64,000 nt of DNA from Myxococcota bacterium (GCA_963674735.2 CAXXQS010000001.1:2240001-2304000), one strand, 5' to 3'. Counted from the stretch's first letter, positions 9,075 to 20,121 are shown. Notes: generated from the sequence alone by a model not told the origin. Numbers and translations: made by a program.

Positions 9075-11264
9075 TTACTCAGGACTGATGATTTCAGCCT
9101 CGCCGTCCTCGAACAACGTTTCGAGAAAATGATACACTTGTGCGCGCATGCGATCCCGATTCTCCGGATAGGTTCCGGAAAATACAGCCCCATGATCCAT
9201 CGGATCAAACTGCATATAGCCGATACGGCTTACCGGAGCCTCTGTAGGTGTCAGCCCTTCAACCGACCGCTGTACCGGCATAATATGGGGCAAGCTTGCG
9301 GCGCGCGCAAAGTTTTCCGTTACGGCATTCGGCACGGTCCCATCATCGATGGCCTGCTGCGATAAAACAGATTTCATCTGCGCACCATCAACCGGATTAT
9401 CGATGAACCGAGCATAATTCACCGAATCGCCTCCATCCAAAATCGTTTGGGCGACCGTCGCGTATTGATCCAGATAATGGTCCGGGAAAAGCGTATTGAG
9501 GCCGTAATCCTCCAGATAGCGCTGGACATAGTCAATCAGACCTCCACCACCTGCGATCAACGCTCCACCGATGATATATTTGGAAATGGGAACCGACAAC
9601 CCGCCGGAAATCGCACCCAGTGAGTGGCCGACATAAGCAACGCGCCCAGCATCGATGTCGATGGTTCCATCTCCGCCCGCCGGGTAGATGTCCAGATCCC
9701 AGTTGCCAAGCAGATTGGCAAGCTGAATGTGATCGACGGCAGACTGCATGAAGGCAGCGCGCGCCTTGAGCGGAAAAGCGATATCCACATAAGAAAGCCC
9801 GGAGTTGTTGCCGTCGTTACGCTCGCCATGATAAGGCAGATCCATCAGCACGGCCGCCCAGCCACGCGCCAGAAAGTCCGGAACGAGGCCTCGAACGCTT
9901 TCTTTACGAGAGTTGATTCCATGCTCTAAAATTACTACGGGGCAAGGTTGTGATGTCGCTTCCTTAGGAAGGTACAGCACGATGGGAACATCGATGGGAT
10001 TTTGCGGGAGCGGATCCCCGTTTTCATCGTACTCAAATGAACGCCGCCGGTTCGTATCCCACTCGACTTCGTATGGCAGTCGAAAATCCATGGAGGTAAA
10101 CGTGCCGTGCAACATCGCACCCAGGTTTGTTTCGCTGACATTGGCATTGGGAAATTCGGCGGGCCAGCTTGCGCTGGTGAAAAGATCTGCCGATCCGTCG
10201 TCATCGACATCGAAATCCACATCGGGGTCAGGCAAGGTACCATCGTCATACCAGTTCTGGATGGTCAGAAGGTCCGTCGTGAGAGTCTGGGTGGTAAAAT
10301 CGAAAGCCAGGACCAGGTCATCGAGCGCCACCCCGATCGGAGCTTGCGTCAACGCCGCCATCACCGGAGCGAAGCGCTCACGCTCGGCCTGGATCAAGTC
10401 GGCGCTGAAGGCCTCGGAATTCACCGGCAGGCGTCCCGAAACCATGCCGAAATGCACCGACGGCTCCAACTCGCTCCCCCCTGGGGCCGTCAGACCGCGC
10501 CGCACGACTACAACATAGCGGGTTTGCGGATCGAGCGGACGCAGCGGACGAACCGACACGGACCAGAACAGATGCTCGTGATCGTCCTTATCATCTTCAC
10601 CAAACTCGAAGCCTTCGGTTCGCTCCACTCGGATGGGAATGCGGGTGCCGAAATCGGAGGAACCCTCTTCCAATTGTACGAGCCAGATAGGGCTATCATC
10701 GGATACCGATTCTTCGGGCGTTTGGGGTAATGAGGCCGGATCGATATCGGGATAAACTTCGAACGTATTGATACCAAAGGTGGAAAAGCCATCCAGGGTG
10801 TTGATATGTTGTTGATAAATTTCACCCATGAAATACAACCCGGTATCGATCATATTGCTGTTGATGATCGGAACGCTGTAAGTCGGCTGTGCCAGTAGGT
10901 TGATGCGCAACCCGGTTTTCGCGGTGGAATCGGAGACCGTGAAGAAGTTATAGGGGAAAGGCAGCCGATTGTAGGGCTGTTTGCGCTGAACGGTCGTCGG
11001 TCCCCAAATTTCGTAAACAACCCGGTTTTCCGGTTCATCCGGCATTTCGAACTCAGGCTCGGTTTCCCCTTCAGTGGCATCCTCATCGCCGTCAAGTTCC
11101 GCCGTCTCGGCATCGTTTTCGACATCCACGTCGGAATCGCCATCGGTCCCGTCGGAATCGCCGTCCACGGGCGGATTGGAGTCATTTCCCGAACAGGCGA
11201 CTAAAAGCAGCAGAAAAGTCGCCAGCGCGACAAACATCTGCATCCATTTGCGGGTTCCGGCCAT
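9075..11264 (-). CDS. Lipoprotein with lipase-like alpha/beta hydrolase domain (Pla-1/Cef-like architecture)
   Basis: Lipobox LVAC, acidic linker, LPFP..., NTLDGFS, FTTQ, EHGINS, DLPYHGER, YVGHSLG, DDGTVPN, DHG. Confidence 0.75.
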   Translation of the reverse strand: MAGTRKWMQMFVALATFLLLLVACSGNDSNPPVDGDSDGTDGDSDVDVENDAETAELDGDEDATEGETEPEFEMPDEPENRVVYEIWGPTTVQRKQPYNRLPFPYNFFTVSDSTAKTGLRINLLAQPTYSVPIINSNMIDTGLYFMGEIYQQHINTLDGFSTFGINTFEVYPDIDPASLPQTPEESVSDDSPIWLVQLEEGSSDFGTRIPIRVERTEGFEFGEDDKDDHEHLFWSVSVRPLRPLDPQTRYVVVVRRGLTAPGGSELEPSVHFGMVSGRLPVNSEAFSADLIQAERERFAPVMAALTQAPIGVALDDLVLAFDFTTQTLTTDLLTIQNWYDDGTLPDPDVDFDVDDDGSADLFTSASWPAEFPNANVSETNLGAMLHGTFTSMDFRLPYEVEWDTNRRRSFEYDENGDPLPQNPIDVPIVLYLPKEATSQPCPVVILEHGINSRKESVRGLVPDFLARGWAAVLMDLPYHGERNDGNNSGLSYVDIAFPLKARAAFMQSAVDHIQLANLLGNWDLDIYPAGGDGTIDIDAGRVAYVGHSLGAISGGLSVPISKYIIGGALIAGGGGLIDYVQRYLEDYGLNTLFPDHYLDQYATVAQTILDGGDSVNYARFIDNPVDGAQMKSVLSQQAIDDGTVPNAVTENFARAASLPHIMPVQRSVEGLTPTEAPVSRIGYMQFDPMDHGAVFSGTYPENRDRMRAQVYHFLETLFEDGEAEIISPE

Positions 11265-11343
11265 GGTGTCCTCCTAACTAACTGACAGACTATCCGGTTT
11301 TATGATCGCAAAAGGCTTCGATATTCGCCGTTTCACGATTCGT

Positions 11344-13413
11344 TTACCCTTGCTCGGTTTGAAGTTGGCGAAAGTCCACGACGAGCGTAAACAGATCCGC
11401 CAGGCACGTCAACAACGCCAATCGGTTGTTTCGTATATTTGTATCTTTGTCCATGACAAGAACGTCGTCAAAGAAGCGATCGACTGCCGCTTTCAACTGC
11501 GCCAGCGACTCAAGCGCAGATCCGTAATTTCCCCCTGCAACCGCCTTTTCGTAAACGTCACGAACGTTCCGGTAGTCCGCCCAAAGCTCTTTCTCCGCCT
11601 CTTCCACGAACAGATCTGGAGCGACGGACACCTCGGGACGTTCTTTGAGGATGTTCATCACGCGCTTGAAGGCGGTGGCTAGCGACAAAAACTCCGGTTG
11701 TTTCTGAAAGTCCGCCAGAGCGGCCATCTTTGCATCTGCCTCTGGCAGAACATTGAAGTCGGCGGCGGTTACGGCAGCCACGATATCCTGACGGAAAGTG
11801 TCGCTGCGCCAGTTCCGATAGCGACCCTCGAAGAAAGCCAGAACATCGACCACAGTTTCTTCAAGACTCCGGGTTAATTTCGAAGCCAGAATGTCGGCAG
11901 CTCGCGCGACCCAGTCTTTCAGCGAAACTCGGTAGTCGCGATCGGCCAGCGTGCGCAGAATTCCGAGAGCCTGACGACGCAAGGCATAGGGATCGGCGGT
12001 TCCACTTGGGATCAAGCCCACCCCGAAACAGCCGACGATGGTATCCATTTTGTCCGCCAGCGCGACCAAGGCCGCCGTATCGCTTTGCGGAAGGGCGTCG
12101 GTGGCGAAGCGCGGCCAATAATGTTGCTCGACGGCCCGGCACACGCCCTCCGGCTCGCCATCCAACGCCGCGTAGATACGCCCCATCACACCTTGTAGAT
12201 CGGGAAATTCGTAAACGACTGCGCTTAATAGATCGGCCTTGCAGAGTGCGGTACTGCGTAACGCCTCGTCGAGAGATTTTTCAGCCACGCAATCGGCCAG
12301 ATAGCGCACCTGCTCCTGCATGCGCGCGACCTTCTCGGCAATGCTTCCCAGTCGTTCTTCAAACGTAACTTTTCCCAGCCCTGCCGTAAGCGATTCCAAC
12401 GATGACTTGCGATCTTCACCGTAAAAGAAACGCGCGTCCGCCAGACGGGCGCGCAACACACGCTGGTTACCGGCCACCACCACCGCGGGATCATCGACAC
12501 GGGTGTTGATGAACACGACGAAGCACGGCAACAGACGGCCGTCTTTGTCCTGCACCGGGAAATATTTCTGGTGGTGGATCATCGAGTTGACCAGAATCTC
12601 TTTCGGAACCGTGAGGAAATCGTCATCGAAACGCCCCACCTCCCCGAAAGGATACTCCACCAAATTGGCCACTTCTTCCACCAGATCTTCATCCAAAACC
12701 AATTCGCCGCCCGCTTCGGCGGCCAGCTCTTCCGCTTTGCGACGAATCATCAAACGCCGTTCGGCGATATCGGCCATCACAAAGCGTTCGCGCAATTCGG
12801 CAAAGAAAGTCTCGGAGTTCGTAACGACAAACGGCTGACCGTTCATGAAACGATGCCCACGGCTCTCGTTTCCGCTTGTCACTCCCGCAAAGCTGGCTGG
12901 AAGCACCTGCCCGCCTAAAATCGCCAGAATCCAATGCACCGGTCGAGCGAAGGTTTCATCATGGCTCCCCCAACGCATGGACTTGCGAAAGGGAATTTTC
13001 GGGATGACACGACCGATCGCCTGCGATAGAAGCTCGGCAGTCGCTTGTCCTTTCACCGACTTTGTTGCCTTGACACACAATCCCTTGGGGCCTTCGACAC
13101 GTTCGAGGCTTTCGACCGGCACCCCCTGCCCTTTGGCAAAGCCGATGGCCACCTTGGTCGGCTGATCGTCGGCGTCGAAACAGATAGCCACTTTCGGGCC
13201 CAATGTTTCTTCAACGCGATCGGGTTGCATGTCGGCGACATCCTGAATCACGATCCCCAGCCTGCGCGGGGTACCGAAAGGTTTGCAGGTGCCGAAGTCT
13301 ATGTGCAGATTCCGCAATTCGTCGCTGAACAGACGTTCAAGCGCGGTAAAGGCCGGTTCGATGAACCCAGCCGGAATTTCTTCACATCCGATTTCAAAAA
13401 TAAATTCCGCCAT
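11344..13413 (-). CDS. glyS: Glycine--tRNA ligase beta subunit
   Basis: FEIGCEEIPA, GTPRRL, KSMRWG...FARPVHWI, EFPDLQG, PSGTADPYALRR, FFDDVLVM...NRLALL. Confidence 0.98.
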   Translation of the reverse strand: MAEFIFEIGCEEIPAGFIEPAFTALERLFSDELRNLHIDFGTCKPFGTPRRLGIVIQDVADMQPDRVEETLGPKVAICFDADDQPTKVAIGFAKGQGVPVESLERVEGPKGLCVKATKSVKGQATAELLSQAIGRVIPKIPFRKSMRWGSHDETFARPVHWILAILGGQVLPASFAGVTSGNESRGHRFMNGQPFVVTNSETFFAELRERFVMADIAERRLMIRRKAEELAAEAGGELVLDEDLVEEVANLVEYPFGEVGRFDDDFLTVPKEILVNSMIHHQKYFPVQDKDGRLLPCFVVFINTRVDDPAVVVAGNQRVLRARLADARFFYGEDRKSSLESLTAGLGKVTFEERLGSIAEKVARMQEQVRYLADCVAEKSLDEALRSTALCKADLLSAVVYEFPDLQGVMGRIYAALDGEPEGVCRAVEQHYWPRFATDALPQSDTAALVALADKMDTIVGCFGVGLIPSGTADPYALRRQALGILRTLADRDYRVSLKDWVARAADILASKLTRSLEETVVDVLAFFEGRYRNWRSDTFRQDIVAAVTAADFNVLPEADAKMAALADFQKQPEFLSLATAFKRVMNILKERPEVSVAPDLFVEEAEKELWADYRNVRDVYEKAVAGGNYGSALESLAQLKAAVDRFFDDVLVMDKDTNIRNNRLALLTCLADLFTLVVDFRQLQTEQG

Positions 13414-13425
13414 GGCGTCCTCGTC

Positions 13426-14397
13426 TCAGCCCTTCTTGCCGGTAGTTGAAGTTTTATCGCGGCGCTTCTGCAGGCGCTTGACGATCGGATCCCAATGCTT
13501 GGCCAGATGGGCGCGTTCCCCATCGGACAGTCCATTCATCAGTGGGTAGCCCATCTCATGGCGCTGCAAGACGATGCCCTCGGCGCACAGGCGTGACAGT
13601 TTGCGGACCCGAGCGATGTATTGCTGTCGCTCGGTCACCGAAATGGCGTTCCGCGCATCCAGCATATTGAACGCATGCGAACATTTCAGGCAGTAATCGT
13701 AAGCCGGAAGGGACAGTCCATCAGTGGCCAGCCGCAAGGATTCCTCCTCGAACTGGCTGAACAATTTGAACTGCAGGTCCACATCGGCTTCATCGAAATT
13801 ATAGCGGCTCCAGTCCACTTCGTCCTGGTGATGCACCTGGCCGTAACTGACGCCTTCGCTCCATTTCAGATCGTAGACGCTATCCACATTCTGAATATAC
13901 ATGGCGATGCGCTCGATGCCGTAGGTCAATTCCGCCGTCACCGGTTTGAGGTCGATCCCGCCAACCTGCTGGAAGTAGGTGAACTGCGTGATTTCCATGC
14001 CATCGATCCAGACTTCCCAACCCAGTCCCCAGGCACCCAGGGTCGGAGATTCCCAGTCGTCTTCGACGAAGCGGATATCGTGCTGTTTGGGGTCGATACC
14101 GAAGCTTTTCAGGCTCTCCAGGTAGAGTTCCTGGATATTGTCCGGCGATGGCTTCATCACCACCTGGTACTGGTAATACCGTTGCAGACGATTGGGGTTT
14201 TCGCCATAACGGCCGTCGGTAGGACGCCGCGACGGTTCGACATAGGCCGCACTCCAGGGCTCGGGCCCCAGCACGCGGGCAAAGGTATGCGGATTGAAGG
14301 TGCCCGCTCCGGTCTCCACATCATGGGGCTGGACAATCAGGCAACCATGCTCACCCCAAAACTTCTGCAAGGCGAGAATCAGTTCTTGAAACGTCAC
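13426..14397 (-). CDS. glyQ: Glycine--tRNA ligase alpha subunit
   Basis: [53 protein letters not shown]; GTG start with RBS AAAGGA. Confidence 0.98.
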   Translation of the reverse strand: MTFQELILALQKFWGEHGCLIVQPHDVETGAGTFNPHTFARVLGPEPWSAAYVEPSRRPTDGRYGENPNRLQRYYQYQVVMKPSPDNIQELYLESLKSFGIDPKQHDIRFVEDDWESPTLGAWGLGWEVWIDGMEITQFTYFQQVGGIDLKPVTAELTYGIERIAMYIQNVDSVYDLKWSEGVSYGQVHHQDEVDWSRYNFDEADVDLQFKLFSQFEEESLRLATDGLSLPAYDYCLKCSHAFNMLDARNAISVTERQQYIARVRKLSRLCAEGIVLQRHEMGYPLMNGLSDGERAHLAKHWDPIVKRLQKRRDKTSTTGKKG

Positions 14398-14502
14398 GGA
14401 TTATCCTTTCTCAACACAGACGGAGTCCGACAATAATCCGGCACCGTAGCATGACGCATGGCGTCGGTCAAGATATTGCCTACACACATATTTCCGATTT
14501 TG

Positions 14503-15069
14503 TCAGCCTTTTTCCAGCCGCCGACGAAGTCGCTGCATGAAGCTGAGATTGATCAGATTGATGAGAATATGGCAAACGATCGGACCGGCCAGCGTACCGG
14601 TTATCTCGAAATAATAGCCGATCACCCCACCCAGAACAAGAGCGGAAAGCGTCCAGGGCATAAACGCCAAACTGGGACCAATGTGCATCAAACCGAAAAT
14701 CAACGTCGTCAGGGCCAATCCGAGGGTGGGCTGCATCGCTCCACGAAAAAGGGCCTCTTCACAAACACCGGAAAGAACGGCCAGAACCAGAATATCCAAA
14801 GTACGTAACGGACCCAAAAGACGGATGAATTCGAGTTCCATCCGTCGGGCCCACTCGAAATAGACGGAAGCCAATTGCGAAAGCACCACGACGGCAATCG
14901 CCGTTGCCGCACCCAACCCGAGGCCTTTCAAAATGGGCAGATGATTCGCGCTCTGCCAATCGGGATGCACGAAGGGATTCAGATCCCCGCGCAACCAAGT
15001 CCACACCCAGGCAGCCGCGAGCAATCCCAAGTAAAACAAGACAACCGTTTTCAGTTTAATACGAGGCAT
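14503..15069 (-). CDS. CPBP (CAAX/Abi) family intramembrane glutamic endopeptidase
   Basis: EEALFRG, FGLMH, HILIN motifs; multiple TM helices. Confidence 0.88.
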   Translation of the reverse strand: MPRIKLKTVVLFYLGLLAAAWVWTWLRGDLNPFVHPDWQSANHLPILKGLGLGAATAIAVVVLSQLASVYFEWARRMELEFIRLLGPLRTLDILVLAVLSGVCEEALFRGAMQPTLGLALTTLIFGLMHIGPSLAFMPWTLSALVLGGVIGYYFEITGTLAGPIVCHILINLINLSFMQRLRRRLEKG

Positions 15070-15075
15070 CGACGT

Positions 15076-16812
15076 TTAGTAAGACAGGACGCCTTCCGTC
15101 CTGAATCCACTGTTTATCGGCTCGGCGACAATGCGAAGTTGTTTGAAAAAGCTCAGCTTTCCCGCCACCTGTTGCTTCCAGATGTTATACTGCTGGTGCA
15201 ACTGGGTATTGGGAGAATCCGCAGGAGGCTTCAGATTCTCCATCGAACGGATCACGGTTGCGAAGTCCAAATGCAAAACCCCCATGCTGGAGTCATCTGC
15301 GACGACCGACAACCCGCGTGGGCCGGCCAAAGCGGCTTCGATCGCCCGATTTCCGATCCCCAACAGAAACAGATCGCCATGCAAACCGTACTCCATCGTC
15401 AAGCCATCAACGTTCACCCGCCGGTACGACACACCGCCGATAGAAAAAGTTTCGGGGGGTGTTCCCTTGCTGATGGCGGTTTTCTCCGACCGATCGAGCA
15501 CGGCTTGAGCCTTGGCCGAGTCACGTACACCAGCGGCGAAAACGAGTTTGGCCAAGTTGACCATCTGGGTCTCCGTCACCGTATTCGACTGGGCGACCTC
15601 GGCGGGAATGGGCGAAAGACCATAGTAGAGCACCGCCATTTCACCATTCAGGTTGTTCACCACATCGGCATCCAGATCAATGCCGCCGTCCGTCTGCAAC
15701 CGCTTTTTCCAGTCGACAAACGACTTCTCGATATCGGGCCGATTGCGCGTGAGAAAATCCTCGAAAGCCTTCAGATCGATCGCGCCATAAAGGTATCCGG
15801 CCACTTTTTTCGATAAATCCAGTTGGCCACGCTTGACACCCTTGTCACCTCTGAACATATTTTTGAATTCTCTAACTTTTTTCTTCGGTCCAACGAGCTC
15901 ATGAACAAAGGTGATTTTATCGGATTCGAGTGTCAGGGCGAAAATCTGTGCGTCAAACCCATCGGCGAAAGCCGACACTTCATCGAGCAACATCAGGGCC
16001 GACTGCTCGTCCGGCGTGGCGGCCTGATTCTTGAGTTCTTCCTTGATCTGGGCGGTCCCGCGTTTCAGGCTTTTCACATATTCATGGTAATTGCTGTAAC
16101 TGATCAGAGCCGGACATTTTTTCTGGTGTTTGAGCATGTTGGCCAAACCTCGGTCCGCAGCCAGGCTCTTCGATTTCACCAAGCCGACCGTGTTTTTCAA
16201 CGCACGCTTAAAGCTCTCTCGATCTCCGGGTTCAGCCATCAGATAAACCATATTGTTTTTAATGGCATACCCCAACCCCGGACGCGTGTTGACCGTGCCG
16301 TCCTGACTGAAGTAGCGTAACTTCATTTTTTCGAAACTCTCGTCGGGACACGGAACGAGCTGCCCCATCTGCATGGCAAGTGTCACCAACACCTTCTCCA
16401 CTGCTTCGGTATTTTTGGCTTTGACGATCACCAGCGGAGGGGCTTCATGCGTCAGGGAAAAGGCCGCCACACCAAAATCGAAATCGAAACCGGAGGCAAG
16501 CATATCGGCGGAATCGAAGGGATTGTAGCCCAACGCCCCTTTCATCGAAAGAATCACCTGATCGTAACGGAAAGAGGGATCGGTTTGGTGGTATTCTTTC
16601 AAAATAGAGTCGAAGGCGGTCAAACTGGCATCCACGTTGGTCGCCATAAAGGCAAACGAAGTGTTTTTCGGAATTTGCCGCGCCAATTTCAGATAGGCAT
16701 TGACTTCGCCCTCGTTCAAGCCGGCCAAAGCCGTCGAGCACAGACCGAACCAGATCGCCAAAATCCAAAAAACCTTTATTACACTCTTTGTCCGAGACGC
16801 ATACTCGCTCAT
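15076..16812 (-). CDS. Exported hypothetical protein (DUF3352-like)
   Basis: Signal peptide ending ALA-G; 578 aa; ARQIPKNT and GIDLDADVVNNLNGEMAV segments resemble DUF3352; tightly packed in the operon. Confidence 0.6.
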   Translation of the reverse strand: MSEYASRTKSVIKVFWILAIWFGLCSTALAGLNEGEVNAYLKLARQIPKNTSFAFMATNVDASLTAFDSILKEYHQTDPSFRYDQVILSMKGALGYNPFDSADMLASGFDFDFGVAAFSLTHEAPPLVIVKAKNTEAVEKVLVTLAMQMGQLVPCPDESFEKMKLRYFSQDGTVNTRPGLGYAIKNNMVYLMAEPGDRESFKRALKNTVGLVKSKSLAADRGLANMLKHQKKCPALISYSNYHEYVKSLKRGTAQIKEELKNQAATPDEQSALMLLDEVSAFADGFDAQIFALTLESDKITFVHELVGPKKKVREFKNMFRGDKGVKRGQLDLSKKVAGYLYGAIDLKAFEDFLTRNRPDIEKSFVDWKKRLQTDGGIDLDADVVNNLNGEMAVLYYGLSPIPAEVAQSNTVTETQMVNLAKLVFAAGVRDSAKAQAVLDRSEKTAISKGTPPETFSIGGVSYRRVNVDGLTMEYGLHGDLFLLGIGNRAIEAALAGPRGLSVVADDSSMGVLHLDFATVIRSMENLKPPADSPNTQLHQQYNIWKQQVAGKLSFFKQLRIVAEPINSGFRTEGVLSY

Positions 16813-16845
16813 CCGAAACTCCTGAATGTTATTCTCTTAGCGTAT

Positions 16846-18312
16846 TCACCGCTCACAATTTTTACCGAAACCGGCGAATTTCTTCATGAAAAGACGCTTG
16901 GCATCGCCTTTTAGCGGAACAGGCCGCACCGGCATACCCAAAACCTTCGTGGTGCGAACCGGCACCACATCATAACCAAGGATGCCCATTTTGTTTAAGG
17001 TGACCCAAAAGATCAAGCTTTCTTTCGCTTCCCCCGGTTTCCGATTGTCGGGCAGTAATCGGCCCACACTGAAAAGAGCCACGTGACTCCCCTGTTCATG
17101 AACACCTAAAACCCGGTCGCCCGCCGCTCCGACAACCAACACAGCCCCGGCGTCGAACATCGTCTGAACCATGTTTCGTTGCCAAGTGTCAATACAATCT
17201 CTCTGTCCATCCCCCCAATCGATCCAGACAACCAGCAGATCCGCATTGCGAACGATACGTTGAGCGGTCTGCGAAAGCTGCCGGAAATACGCGGAATCCG
17301 CAGGATTGCCCGGCTTGTCCTTCATGGCGCTTTCGGGTGGAGCCACCGCGAGCAATCCCAGCCGCAATCCCTTTACATCCACCACATCAGCCGCCACCAC
17401 TTCGGCCGAAAGTGAATTGAACAGCTCGATTCCCGCCTGTCGTTTCACCCGGGGCGGTACTGCCTGGTTTTCATTGGACGTTTCCAACATACCGCGAGTC
17501 GTTCGCCATACGCCATCGACGCCACGCCGATTGAGATCGCGCCGCCAGTCGCCCTTCACATCGGAAACGGGCATCAGCATCACATCCGCTTTGCGCCAGA
17601 TGGTCTCCAATTCGCTTAAGTCCAACCGAACCTGCGCGGAATCTTCGATCGGCTCATTCATGATGGACAGGTCGCGAAACGAAAGGCTTCCCCCGATACC
17701 AAGCAGCACCTCCGCTCCACCGGTCAATGCTTCTTCATCCGAAACGAGCTGACGTGGGCGATCACCTGAATCCGGTTTTGAATCGACCGTTTCACGCAGC
17801 GTGACAAACAGGGACGGCACCGTGCGTCCATCGCTAAACACATTGAGTGCATAGCGCAGATTGACACGTGCACGCGGCGTTTCCCAGGACAGATCCCAAA
17901 CATCCCGCCGGACGAAGGGTTCCCCGGCTGGCCGCAATTCTCCCCCTTGCCGCGATGGAGGACCGAACTGGCGGGTCAGATCGGCCAGAAGCCGATCGCG
18001 CAGCACGGTATCCGGTTTCTGGAAATCGTACTCCGCCTCATACAGCCGATTGGATTTGAAACTGAAATACAGGCGAGCCGGGTGATCGTGAACCTTCACT
18101 TGTTTCATGAAACGAGCGATGCGGGTCCGCTGGAACGCCGTCAATCCCGCCGGAGTCCGATTGAATCCCGGCATCAGCAACGAGACATCCTGAAAGCTCA
18201 ACCCCCACAATGGCAAAGGCTGCCGCGCCCAGACGGAGTCCTCCTGCGCTGCACCACCGAATGGCCACAGCAGACAACCCATGATCGAAATAACGATTAT
18301 CCACTTGCTCAT
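16846..18312 (-). CDS. Exported protein with a degenerate CapA/PGA_cap-like domain
   Basis: Signal peptide; ADLLVVWIDWG, Q...FDAGAVLVVG, FSVGRL align with CapA motifs but lack the metal ligands. Confidence 0.6.
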   Translation of the reverse strand: MSKWIIVISIMGCLLWPFGGAAQEDSVWARQPLPLWGLSFQDVSLLMPGFNRTPAGLTAFQRTRIARFMKQVKVHDHPARLYFSFKSNRLYEAEYDFQKPDTVLRDRLLADLTRQFGPPSRQGGELRPAGEPFVRRDVWDLSWETPRARVNLRYALNVFSDGRTVPSLFVTLRETVDSKPDSGDRPRQLVSDEEALTGGAEVLLGIGGSLSFRDLSIMNEPIEDSAQVRLDLSELETIWRKADVMLMPVSDVKGDWRRDLNRRGVDGVWRTTRGMLETSNENQAVPPRVKRQAGIELFNSLSAEVVAADVVDVKGLRLGLLAVAPPESAMKDKPGNPADSAYFRQLSQTAQRIVRNADLLVVWIDWGDGQRDCIDTWQRNMVQTMFDAGAVLVVGAAGDRVLGVHEQGSHVALFSVGRLLPDNRKPGEAKESLIFWVTLNKMGILGYDVVPVRTTKVLGMPVRPVPLKGDAKRLFMKKFAGFGKNCER

Positions 18313-18396
18313 GTTTCATCTATTTGATAGATTTTCCCGACCCATCCGGCCTCAGCCGCAGCAGGGCTTTAATACCATACTTTGCCTCAGGATCAA

Positions 18397-20076
18397 ATGA
18401 CCGCAATGATTTTTCCAAACCACAGTTATCACGTCTTTGTGTTTCTCCTACTCCTTCTCTCTCTTGCAACACCGGCATGGAGCGAAAGTGTTCCTGCCGA
18501 TACAAACACCGATCACCTGCAAGAAATGTATTCCAACCGGCTCACCTTCGATGGAGAGGGAACCCCGCAAGTGGGAGTCGGCCTAGCCGTCGACCAACAG
18601 GAATTCAACTTCAGTTCAGATTCTTCCATGAATCTAACGATTTACAACAAAGAAGGCCGTGTTCTTCCCGTCATCACCAGCGGGCCGGTCACGGTCCGAT
18701 TGCTCGACGCGAAACCAGCCCAGACACGCGCACACGTGGTGGTGGAAAGCATCGAAGCTCGGGATCGCAGTAATCTAAGCCCGCGCATCACCGATTGGAA
18801 ACAACGTGGGCTCGATCTGATGGTCCACCGCATCGGCTCGGTCATTTCCTTGAACGGCGACATCATCAGCAATGTCCGCTACTTGCTGACGGCCGGAGCA
18901 TTCACCAGCAACGAGACTGCTCGTGCACGTCAACGCGAACTGACGAAACGCTACGGGCTCAAAAGCCATCTTTTCCACGAAATGACCGCTCCCCCCAGCG
19001 GACATCTGCAGATTCTGGTGGAAGGAAACGTTCTGGCGGAATCGAGTGGGATGGTCAAATTGCTGTCCTGCGATGATAAACCGATAACCGCAGTCGATAC
19101 CGCCTTCGACGAAGGATTCGGAAAAACCAAACGCGAGAGCCGCTCTTTCGCCGGGATGTTGTACGTGGTGATCGGCCGCAACGGAACTTTGACATTGGGC
19201 AATTGGCTGGGGCTCGACGACATCCTGCGAGGCACCGTCCCCGCCGAAATCTTCCCTTCCGCCCCCATGGAGGCCTTGAAAGCCCAGGCCATCGCCGCAC
19301 GGGGACATCTTCTGGCGAAGCTCGGCACCCGTCATTTGGCCGATCCCTTTCATCTCTGCGCCAGTCAACATTGCCAGGTGTACAAAGGCGTCGATAGCCA
19401 CCATGTACGTACCGACGATGCCATCTGGCAAACACGCGGCCAGTTTCTGATGGCGCAAGGGAAATTGGTCGATACCGTCTACAGCGCCAACAGCGGCGGA
19501 CACACCGAAAACAACGAAAACGTCTGGTTTCAGGTGGTCGATCCCAATCTACGCGGCCGATTCGACGGTCCACCCAATCCGCTTTATAGCGGCGGAATCA
19601 CTTCAAGCAACCTTGATGCCTTTCTCGATCATCCCCCCGTGACCTATGCCTCGAAATCCGGTTATGGAAACGGACATCACCGCTGGACTCGCACGATTGA
19701 TGCCGCCACACTGACCCAAAAACTCGACGCCAAACAGTCGGTGGGGCGAATCCAGGCGTTGGTTCCTCTTCGGCGCGGCGTATCGGGCCGCATCATCGAC
19801 CTGAAAATTCAAGGCGATAAAGGCGAAACCATCCTCACCGGCGAGCTGAAAATCCGCCGTCTTCTCGGCAATCTACCCTCAGCGCTGATTCGCATCGGCT
19901 CCGAGCCGCTCGCGGCCCCCTACCCGGAACGTTTCGTCATTAAAGGAGCGGGCTTCGGTCATGGGGCGGGCATGTGTCAGACCGGCGCGATCGGACGTGC
20001 CAAAGCCGGTCAAACAGCCGCACAAATCCTCAGCGCCTACTACGGAAAAGCGGCGAGCATAAAATTGCTTTATTGA
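18397..20076 (+). CDS. SpoIID/LytB domain protein (putative lytic transglycosylase) with a SPOR-like insert
   Basis: LRGTVPAEI...EALKAQAIAAR, CASQHCQVY, YSANSGGHTEN, GFGHGAGMCQTGA; AGAFTSNETARA resembles SPOR. Start codon uncertain. Confidence 0.88.
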   Translation: MTAMIFPNHSYHVFVFLLLLLSLATPAWSESVPADTNTDHLQEMYSNRLTFDGEGTPQVGVGLAVDQQEFNFSSDSSMNLTIYNKEGRVLPVITSGPVTVRLLDAKPAQTRAHVVVESIEARDRSNLSPRITDWKQRGLDLMVHRIGSVISLNGDIISNVRYLLTAGAFTSNETARARQRELTKRYGLKSHLFHEMTAPPSGHLQILVEGNVLAESSGMVKLLSCDDKPITAVDTAFDEGFGKTKRESRSFAGMLYVVIGRNGTLTLGNWLGLDDILRGTVPAEIFPSAPMEALKAQAIAARGHLLAKLGTRHLADPFHLCASQHCQVYKGVDSHHVRTDDAIWQTRGQFLMAQGKLVDTVYSANSGGHTENNENVWFQVVDPNLRGRFDGPPNPLYSGGITSSNLDAFLDHPPVTYASKSGYGNGHHRWTRTIDAATLTQKLDAKQSVGRIQALVPLRRGVSGRIIDLKIQGDKGETILTGELKIRRLLGNLPSALIRIGSEPLAAPYPERFVIKGAGFGHGAGMCQTGAIGRAKAGQTAAQILSAYYGKAASIKLLY

Positions 20077-20121
20077 TTTTGAGAATACTTAGTCGATCAT
20101 CGGCAGCGACGGAACCGACGT

